DNA from: Macrostomum lignano
Taxonomy: Eukaryota
DNA: 35,214 nt
Reading direction: 5' to 3'
Assembly: GCA_002269645.1 (NCBI GenBank)
Contig: NIVC01004777.1
Span: 1-35,214, forward strand
The notes under the pieces are model-generated. The model was given only the letters and a program-made list of their open reading frames with translations, had not been told where the DNA came from and made no database searches. Both the position numbers and the translations under genes were made by a program. This document shows positions 26,011 to 34,151 of the stretch, one piece after another. Numbering within the stretch: the stretch's first letter is position 1; every line of letters starts with the position of its first letter.

Positions 26011-26280
26011 GATGACTAACACAGGAATTCGGGGTTCTATTCACGCTACACACAAACAAGTTTGCATTGCAACAATATAGACGGCTATAGCAAACTTTAT
26101 TCTATCGCCCGAAGGGTCGCAGACACAGTCTGATGACTAACACAGGAATTTCGGGGTCTACTCGCGCTACTCACAAACAAGCTCACATCACAACAATAGG
26201 GTCGACTATAGTAAACTTCATTTTATCACCCGAAGGGACGCAGACACAGTTTATGACTAACACAGGAATTCGGGGTCTTC
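26011..26280. repeat. Subterminal direct repeat, about 121-bp unit, 2.2 copies
   Basis: ATGACTAACACAGGAATT starts at 26012, 26133 and 26253; the units are diverged but colinear. Confidence 0.9.
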
Positions 26281-26599
26281 AAGTGCCCATTCACCCACAG
26301 CACGATATTCTGAGCCTTGCATTTTATTCAAACCAAAACGTGAGGCTAAATTTTTTTTTTGATTTTCGAAAATTTTTTCTCACGTTTTGCTCTCGCCACG
26401 TGACTAGAATGGAATGCATGAATTCTTTCTATTATCATGAAAATATATATATATATGAGCACCCCAGAGCATGAATTAGCTCACATATTTTATCTTCGCA
26501 AATTTTTCTGAGCAAGGTTGTGAGGTTCTTTGAATGCGCTTATATTGTTTTTCAGCTCTATTAGTTCTCTCAATATCTTATCATTAAGCAGCTAGTAAA

Positions 26600-27331
26600 A
26601 TGAACGACAAGGAAATTGAAAGCATTTATGAGCAATTTGAAGAGTCTAACAAAGAAAAGCAATACATCAATTGCTTTATTTTTGAATCGCCTTCCAAAAG
26701 AAAAACGCGGTTCCTTCAATGATACTTTGGTAAGCCTCGTTCATCAAGCCACCGATAAGACGATTGAGGATGACGAATCTAGTAGCAACAAGAAGAAATC
26801 AAACAAAGCCGAACAAAGTGCGAGATTCATTGTCAACTTGAAAGCGTGGCTATCTAAGCATCACACTGAGGCGATTCATATCAAGACAGACTATCGAGAG
26901 CTGGAGAAGCTGATCAAGGCTGAAATCACATCTGACGACACTGCTACTAGCTTATACGCGGAGCTATGCATCATTGAAGAAAAGGTCGATGAGATTAAGG
27001 GAGTAATTGGCGCCAAAAAGCCGACACCATCGCGTTTCTATCCGAGACTATGAGCAATCAGGAAATTCAAAGTCGTCTTAAGTGCGGCGACAACTATGTT
27101 TCACGAATGAAAACTTTCCACAAACTTTGTGAAGACTATCCGGCTCTTCGTTTCGCGCCATACGCATATAACACAATTTTGCAGTATAAAACCACCAGTG
27201 AGTCTGCTGCAAACTCAGACGAAGACTTTTGCTCGATGTTGAAGACACCTCTGACGCCACAATTCGAAGGACGCGATGACAAAATAGCAGTGGGGATCAG
27301 CCGGAAAGTTTCTATTAGCCATCGGAAATGA
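26600..27331 (+). pseudogene. Polinton hypothetical protein, probably one gene broken by indels; possible C-terminal helix-turn-helix
   Basis: ATG 26600 (MNDKEIESIYEQFEE...) shifts into ORF 26616-27053, which overlaps ORF 27050-27331 (MSNQEIQSRLKCGDNYVSRMKTFHKLCEDYPAL). Confidence 0.45.
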
Positions 27332-27685
27332 TTGATTTTATTTGTTTTAAATAACTGATAATAACTGAATCGCTTGTTTTAGCCATTATTCAATAACAGT
27401 TTATAATTCCACACCATTTTAGCCACTATCAACAGTTTTATAATGTATAACATTTATAAAGAAAAGCGCCAACTGAGTCAAACTAAACTAACACTTAACA
27501 AAATTATTTACTCTCTTACTCCTCATTGTTCCTTTTACATAGATAAATGCGGCAACTCAACTAGCGCCAATCTTTATAATTATAAAGAAAAGCGCCAATT
27601 CTAGCCACACTAAGCTCCTATGGAATCTAGCCTATTCTTTTGAGTGTTCACGCATTCATTTTTCTGTTACTAAAAATAGACAAAA

Positions 27686-29019
27686 ATGGCACACCATACG
27701 CAAGTATACAATCTGAATGAATTGCAAATAGGAGACCCAGTAGAATACCGAGGTGAGTGTCTTTTTGACATAATAGGCGCCGCAGCAAATACAATAAAAG
27801 ATAATATGCCACTAATAGCACAAGCAGGCTCAGCAGCAGGCTCTGTAACCAACGCAGTCAAGGGTGGAATAGAAGCAGCTAAGGCAGCAGAAGAGCTCAA
27901 GAAATTGAGAGAATTTAACGACACCCTCTCGCAAATAAAAGCAATAAAATATTTAAAGCTAGCACAAGAAGCTGCTCAAGCCGCACAAGCTACTGAAACA
28001 CCTACTAAAAGTAACCCATTGAGCAATAAAGATATCCAAGATTTTAATAAAATGTTGTAGTGATCCGCTAGTTGATGTTAGGCGTCCCACTTTGTCAGCA
28101 GTCTCCCTCGCCCTCGCCCTGGGTTGCTGTCTGCCGCTGGTCAGCTTCCCGCCCCCCTTGGCCCGTCTGTTGCTGCCCTTGGCCTGTTCTGCCCTTCTGC
28201 GTCTCTGTTCTCAGCCCTCAGCTTCTCTGCTGTGGGCTGTCTCTGTTTCGTTCCCGTCCCGTTTTCCTCTGTCATGTGAGCAAGTCACATGACAGACTCT
28301 GCGTTCTTCGAGTCCTAAAGTGCAGTAAACATGTTTACTGCACTCGTTGGCCCTGTTTACCGGGAGAATCACGTGCTTTCGGACCCCTCCCTTCTCTAAG
28401 GAGAGGAGTGACTCATGTTGCTAAAAATAGCAACTGAGTCACAGCCGCGTGTACTCTGGCCGGAGACCTCAAGTGACGTCAGTTCTAAAAATAGAACGAG
28501 TCACGAGGTCTTGTGCGTGGGTGTTTCCCGTCTATAAATAGGACCCCTCTCCCCTTGTTTCCGTCAAGGAGGCTTCTTATCTGCGGAGAATTCACTAAGA
28601 TCCCGTGTGCGTCAGTGTCTAACTAAGTGCCCTTTGCGTACTGAATCCGTTTGTACTGGTCTGACTGAGACCCCACTAAAGCCCAAGCCTAAGGGAGGCT
28701 AACACTGCCTTCCCAGCCACCCCTGAGCCCGGCGGGGATCTGCTGATCAGGACGCCTTGTTCATTAATCTGCAAATCTGCACGCTGTGCTGAGTTCGTTG
28801 ACTTGTTTATTTCGTTCCGACGGGAAGCTCACCTCATCGAAGGCCGAGACCTGAAGGAACTGGTGGCAGCACTACCTACGCTACTGAGAGTTGAGAGAAC
28901 TTCCCAATGAAGAGGCTCGAGTCTTAAGGTAATCCGCAAGGGCCTAATCCGGGAAGCAAACAGCCAGTATTTCAATGTTAACCACAATTAAAGGTGGAAA
29001 AGGATTAAAGAAGTTTTAG
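27686..29019 (+). CDS. Polinton small Ala/Lys-rich protein (about 136 aa) split by the solo LTR
   Basis: Removing 28056-28978 restores ...DIQDFNKML-TTIKGGKGLKKF* in frame. Confidence 0.65.
28056..28974 (+). mobile_element. Solo LTR, 919 bp, probably Ty3/Gypsy type
   Basis: TG...CA ends; 4-bp target duplication ATGT (28052-28055 and 28975-28978); GC-rich relative to flanks; TATAAATA at 28533; excision restores the interrupted ORF. Confidence 0.8.
28319..28541 (+). promoter_or_regulatory. Dense enhancer/TATA module in the solo LTR
   Basis: GTAAACA/TGTTTAC x3, CACGTG, TGACTCA/TGAGTCA, TGACGTCA, CTAAAAATAG x2 and a TATA box. Motif matches only; function inferred. Confidence 0.55.
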
Positions 29020-29029
29020 TAATATAAAA

Positions 29030-29239
29030 ATGGACTCAGATAATGATGAAAATCGCACACTTTTCATATCTGAAATAGTAGACAGTTTAAATTTAGATGA
29101 TAACAAACATAGCCACACAATTTTTAAACGAATCGATAGATTGGGTAAAAAATTGGATTATGATATTGACACGTTTAAACTTGCTAGAAAATATGCACAA
29201 AAAGGAAGACCAATCTCATTTAAGCTTAGTAATTTCTAA
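29030..29239 (+). CDS. Polinton hypothetical protein, 69 aa
   Basis: ATG in TATAAAAATG context; its 3' end overlaps the 3' end of the convergent ORF. Confidence 0.5.
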   Translation: MDSDNDENRTLFISEIVDSLNLDDNKHSHTIFKRIDRLGKKLDYDIDTFKLARKYAQKGRPISFKLSNF

Positions 29240-29690
29240 TAAAAATTTTGTTGGGATGGAAAAATCAATTCCAATATAAAATAGGGTGAAATATCGCTCG
29301 ATCATTAAATCCTGCTCGGCAGATGTTTTATATTTTTTCTGAAACTCTAATATTCTTTCACACGCTCCTTTGTAATCTTCATACCAAAAGGCATATCTTG
29401 ATCTTCTTTTTGCGCTATTTTCACATGCAACATAACTCCTAAAAGGCTCCAATTGAGAAATTGAACTATGACTCATAACTATAATTTTTTATAATTTTTT
29501 TACATCATCAATTGGTTCAGAAAACCCAAAATATAAGCCCTCTTTACCTGGCGGCTTGGAATTTTTTATATCATTTAAAACTCTTAAATAATCTTCTAAT
29601 TTAGTTTTAAACATATGTATATGTAACATTTGTATTCTCTTCCTCAAAGTATACCAAAATAACTTCAATAATATCTATAGTTTCCTTCAT
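29216..29690 (-). pseudogene. Polinton hypothetical protein (about 155 aa) with frameshifts
   Basis: ATG 29690 in TATAAAAAATG context. Segments MKETIDIIEV..., LEDYLRVLNDIKNSKPPGKEGLYFGF... and ORF 29216-29476 lie in successive frames. Confidence 0.4.
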
Positions 29691-29693
29691 TTT

Positions 29694-30265
29694 TTATACT
29701 TCAAAATATGGATAAATCTGCAAATATGAAACTCCTGGATTGCCCGAACCACCAGTAGCGGTTGTGCAAAACAATCTATAAAAAGTATAAGCAATTGTTG
29801 TATACGGTAAATTAAAATATTTAATTGCTGTTCCAACCAAACCAGCAGTAGTTGATAGTAAATCAGTCCATGTGGAGCCGTCATTACTTCCTTGAAAGAT
29901 AATATCGTTTGGGTTTTCACCACTCAATCTACCAACTAAAGAAAATCTCCAAATTTTTACTGCGCCCGGAAGTTAAATTTTCTTCATTTCCTGTTTGCTG
30001 TTTCACCATTTGTTGCCCACTCATTATCCGAAGCAAAATTCTGATTAAAAGCGCGAAATCCTTCATATCCTGTAAAATTCGTTGATGTTGTTACAAAAAA
30101 TGTGGGGTCGTTATTATCAAATAAAGTTGGAATGTGCCCATTAACATTTTTCAATCTGTCAAATTGAAACTTAGTAACGGCTTCGCTATCGTTGGTTGGA
30201 TTCGGTAGATTGGTAATAGCATTTCCACCCATATCAATTACTTGATCAATTATTCCTAAATTCAT
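29694..30265 (-). CDS. Fibre-like module 2: stalk repeat plus F5/8 type C (discoidin)-like domain; one frameshift near 29930-29985
   Basis: DMGGNAITNLPNPTNDSEAVTK stalk motif; FRAF...EWAT, FQGSNDGSTWTDL and FYRLFC parallel module 1. Confidence 0.65.
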
Positions 30266-30280
30266 TTTAAGAACCGCTGA

Positions 30281-30896
30281 TCATGAAGTCTGACGATAAA
30301 TCTGCATTGCGGATAGACCCGGATTTGTTGAACCGGATGTTGAAGTAAGACAAAATAATCTGAAATATAAATATTCTTTATCAAAATTTTGTGTGACATT
30401 AAATGTTCGGGTTGTCGATGATAATGCAGTATTTTCTGTTAGAATTAATATGTCCCAACTTGTATTGTCATTACTCCCTTCAAATCTCCATGACGCGGGG
30501 TGCTCGGTAGATGGCGATGCTCTCCCAGTCAAATCAATTTTATTACAAAGTATTGCAGATGGGCATTGAACTTTTATCCAATAATCGGTTTGAACTCCAG
30601 CAGTAGCCCAATCAGTTGTTGAATCTGCATCAAACGCTTTCCAGCTTGCAAAATCAGTTGTGTTAAATTCTGAGCTGGCTGTAATTGCAAAACCATTTCC
30701 ACTCCAATCAGCCATGGTTGGAATTTGACCAGTTTCTGTCAAATTAAATCTGTCTTGTTTCATATCTAATAAATTGTCGGTCTCTGTTTTTGTATAACCA
30801 CTAGATGTGTTTACCAAATTATCAACTTCGGTTTTGGTATATGAATCATATATTTCGTTTTAAATTTTATGAATTATCAACTTCGGTTTTGGTATA
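30281..30896 (-). CDS. Fibre-like module 1: YTKTE(V/T)DN repeats plus F5/8 type C (discoidin)-like domain; 5' part removed by the Gypsy insertion
   Basis: Three YTKTExDN repeats (the most upstream is out of frame), then ITASSEF...WKAFD...DWAT...WIKVQC...WRFEGSNDNTSWDIL...YFRLFC. Confidence 0.72.
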
Positions 30897-31104
30897 TGTT
30901 ATGTTAGAAGTCAAGGCGAGTGTGTGCGAGATACGAAACGCTTAAAGCCAGCGATGGGCAGAGAGCCGATATATATATTATTGTTTAGTCAAGTGCAGTG
31001 AGCAATGTACATTGTACGCGTCAATGGGGGACTAGGGGCAGGTGCACTGAGAGAGAAAGAGAAAGACTGCACGTCGGCTAGCCAGCATCGATCATTACAC
31101 AACA
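30897..31104 (-). mobile_element. 3' LTR of a minus-strand Ty3/Gypsy element, 208 bp
   Basis: TGTTATGT...ACACAACA inverted ends; polypurine tract AAGGAGG (minus strand, 31111-31105) directly abuts it. Confidence 0.75.
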
Positions 31105-31400
31105 CCTCCTTACATTGAAAAGTACGAATATAATGGCACGAAAATAGTAGCACGAATAGAGTCGCACGAAAACAGTTGAATGGGGAAAAATAAAAACATT
31201 GAAATATTTTACGATCATATGGAACAATACAATATTAATGTTGAAAAATATCATTTTAGACCGCTTTTTAAATCGCACGCTTGAGCAGCAAAGGCAACAC
31301 ATCAACTTATGCTATACCTCCTTTCACCAAAATTATAGAAACTTAAAAAGAGCTTTCAGTTCCTTTAAATTCAGTCAACAGTCAGTTTTCACTCAAAAGT

Positions 31401-32888
31401 TCACCACGAGGCCTGGTACCTCTGCGGCTGATGGACAAGCCGACCTCGCTTGGTCCGGAACCCAGAGTCGTCCGAGCTTGAGCACGGTTGCACAGATGCC
31501 GGCTGCTCAGCTGGCTGCACTGGCTCTGCAGGCTGCTCTGTCGCGGGTTGCACGGCCGGTTGCACGGGTGCCTGCTGGTCGTCCGCCTCCGACAGATTGA
31601 CATCCTCATCAGCCACTGCCACTGGGTAGCTTTCATGGAATGGCACGCCGATCTCACGTGGCCTGATAAACCGCCGGTTGCGCCTGAGCAGCTGGCCCGA
31701 CTCCGTGCGAAGCCAGTACGACCGCGGGCTGCCGTCCACCTCGCTGTCGACCTCGGCAGCCACCCAGTTCCGACGATCGCACTGAAGCCAGACCGGCTCG
31801 CCGACCTCCAAGCGTCGAAGTGCGCGCGCACCGCGGTTGCAGAGCTGAGCTGCCCGGGTCCGCTCCTTCTGGAATGCTTCGATGCTGGCATGCACGTAGG
31901 TCTCCCGAGGCCGCAGATCTTGCACCGTTGTCGGCAGGTCGCACCGCAGTTTCCGGCCAAACGCCATTTCCGCCGGGCTGGGGAAGCCGCTGCCGACCGG
32001 CGTGTTGCGATAGTGCAAAAGGGCCAGTGCCAGGCTCTGTCCAGTCTCCTGGCACTTCTTCATCATATTCTTGGCAGTCTGCACATATCGCTCTGCTTTG
32101 CCGTTGGACTGCGGGTAGGCCGGACTCGATGTCCGGTGCTCCACTTGAAATCTGGTCATGAACTGGCGGAACTCTCCTGCGGTGAACTGCGGCCCGTTGT
32201 CACTGATGAGCTTCTCTGGCACTCCAAAGTTCTGGAAATGGTCTTGGAGCACCTGAACTACTGCCAGGCTTGTTGTCGACCGCAGGCGGGTGATGCTCAT
32301 CCAGTGGCTGTAGGCGTCTACGTACACCAGGTGCGCAGCGCCCCGGAACTCGAACAAGTCGGTCGAGCAGACTTGGAACGGAAACTCGGGCATTTCAACG
32401 GTCATCAAAGTCTCCTTTGACTGGGCCTTCATGTTACGCTGGCAGGCCTCGCACTGGCTGACAGTTCGCTCGATGCAGGTGCGCATTCCTGGCCAGTAAA
32501 AATAATCTTTGGCTTTCAGGTCCATCTTGACGATTCCAGGGTGTCCAGCGTGCAAAATTCTTAGGATCGAGCTTCTGGCGCTGCCGGCTGGCACGTAGAT
32601 GCGGTCCTTCAGGCACAGGAGTCCTGAGACGAAAGTCAGATCATGGCGAAGATCCCAAAATACTCTCAAATCGTCAGGTAATCGGTTTCGATGCTCGGGC
32701 CATCCGGCTTGAATGACCTCCTGCAGACGCTGGCTCGTCTGGTCTGCAGCCGTGGCCTTCTTGATCATTGTCAGAATCTCGCGGTCTCCACTGAAGCATC
32801 GCTCCACAGCTAGCACTTGTCCGTCCAAAGCTTCCTCCAGCAGAAGCGTCAGGCTGTCCGTCTTTCCGTGAGCTCGGCTTAGCGTGTC
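31401..32888 (-). mobile_element. Ty3/Gypsy pol 3' part (end of RNase H, HHCC zinc finger, DDE integrase); cut at 32888
   Basis: DTLSRA, LHAGH...WPGM...CEAC, STDLF / SDNGPQF / NGKAER, and C-terminal RTKRGRLVHQPQRY. The frame is intact for about 495 codons. Confidence 0.93.
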
Positions 32889-33164
32889 AGTAGTATGTAA
32901 AAGTACGCTTCTAGCCCCAGAGCCCTTTTCAAACAGACGATTTGAAGGGCTAGAGGGGGGACACGAGGGGGAACCAAAAAACACTCTTAAACACCCTTTA
33001 TCCCCATCCAACACCCCCAACACCCCCAACACTACACAATACTACTAACACCACCCAATACTACTAACACTTCCAAACAATTCCCTCGCGTCCCCCCATT
33101 ATTAGCCCTTCAAATCATCTGTTTGAATAGTGACTGATCTAGAAGCGTACTTTTACATACTACT
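32889..33164. repeat. Terminal fold-back inverted repeat, copy 2
   Basis: 26-bp perfect stem, bubble, 25-bp stem with one mismatch and an imperfect G/C stem; loop about 32974-33080. Confidence 0.95.
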
Positions 33165-33219
33165 ACTTATAACCCCAGGCCGCGCCGCAGGCGCGAAGGG
33201 TCTTTTTCTGTTACTAAAA

Positions 33220-33522
33220 ATGAACCGAGTTTACACCTTTTCAGTTAGCGATACTTTTGAGACTGTTGCTAAAAATTCAGAGATTATAAAACAACATATT
33301 TTGAATGGAATAATTGATGAAGTTTATTTAAAATATGACGATAAGCACGAACTAAAACTTTATCCGTTAGAGTTGGATGGTTTGTATGATCTAGAACAAG
33401 AGGGTGAGTTAATATTTCAACTTGGAGATTATTTAAATTCGGATGATTGGGAGGTTCGTTCAGATGATTCCAATTCAACAAATAGTTCATATGAAACCAG
33501 CGATTCAGAAAATTATTGTTAA
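33220..33522 (+). CDS. Polinton acidic hypothetical protein, about 100 aa
   Basis: ATG 33220 in AAAAATG context. The listed upstream extension from 33130 is hairpin sequence. Confidence 0.55.
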   Translation: MNRVYTFSVSDTFETVAKNSEIIKQHILNGIIDEVYLKYDDKHELKLYPLELDGLYDLEQEGELIFQLGDYLNSDDWEVRSDDSNSTNSSYETSDSENYC

Positions 33523-33537
33523 AAAAATATATAAAAA

Positions 33538-33771
33538 ATGAAGGTAAATCGTATCAACGATACGCATGCAAAGCATGATTATTCCTACATTGGATATGTG
33601 CCAATTAATGAACTTAATGAAAATTTAAGTTTGATAACAGTTGAACAAATGTCAATAATAATATTAGTAACAATAATAGTGATAATTTTGTTTTTATTTG
33701 TTATAAAAATTTATTACCATGTTGTCTTAAGTAATTATTATTTAAAAAATAAACTAGAAAATGAGGTCTGA
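33538..33771 (+). CDS. Small single-TM protein, 77 aa
   Basis: TATAAAAAATG start; hydrophobic IIILVTIIVIILFLFVIKIYY. Confidence 0.6.
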   Translation: MKVNRINDTHAKHDYSYIGYVPINELNENLSLITVEQMSIIILVTIIVIILFLFVIKIYYHVVLSNYYLKNKLENEV

Positions 33772-34150
33772 TTTTGCAAACAATTATGCCAGCACTTATG
33801 ACAGCGCCCATCCTATAGCAGAACCGCCCCTTTTATTTGATAAACACAAAGATTGTAAAGAAAAGGATGCTAACGACCTAACTGAAGCGAAATTCAATCT
33901 AAAGATTATAATTGCTATTATTTTACTAGTCTTACTTGAGATGATTATTTTTCCCGCCTTATTTTTATCTAAAAAATTAAATATAGAAGGAATACCATAT
34001 AATGAAAGAAATATAAACTTCGCAATAGCATTAATAGCAATATCAAGTACATTACTAATAATTGCATTACTTATATTAATTATTACAATTTCAATACTGC
34101 TTAATGATAAACGAAAACAACATAACTCCCTAGCTTCATTTAAAGTCTAA
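33761..34150 (+). CDS. Two-TM membrane protein, 129 aa
   Basis: Two long hydrophobic segments; overlaps the upstream stop and ends 1 nt from the integrase stop. Confidence 0.65.
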   Translation: MRSDFANNYASTYDSAHPIAEPPLLFDKHKDCKEKDANDLTEAKFNLKIIIAIILLVLLEMIIFPALFLSKKLNIEGIPYNERNINFAIALIAISSTLLIIALLILIITISILLNDKRKQHNSLASFKV

Positions 34151-34151
34151 A

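Larger units (their letters stand above)
25669..30896. mobile_element. Polinton/Maverick-like endogenous virus, copy 1 (one end only; interrupted by a solo LTR and a Gypsy element)
   Basis: AGTAGT terminus homologous to that of the integrase-bearing element at 32889; AT-rich, tightly packed intronless ORFs; fibre-like gene. No hallmark enzyme inside this segment, so the assignment rests on the terminus and gene style. Confidence 0.7.

Noticed and set aside
28076-28704. Alternative LTR boundaries TGTTAG...CTAACA
   Set aside because: No target duplication; 28056-28974 gives an ATGT TSD and restores the interrupted ORF.
31382-32616. Extra ORFs overlapping the Gypsy integrase
   Set aside because: GC-rich shadow frames without motifs.
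32889-33032. N-terminal 48 aa of ORF 31401-33032
   Set aside because: Chance read-through into the G-free hairpin loop; Gypsy homology stops at 32888.
25669-33195. The two AGTAGT termini as left and right TIRs of one element
   Set aside because: They are in the same orientation and clearly diverged; true TIRs would be inverted and near-identical.
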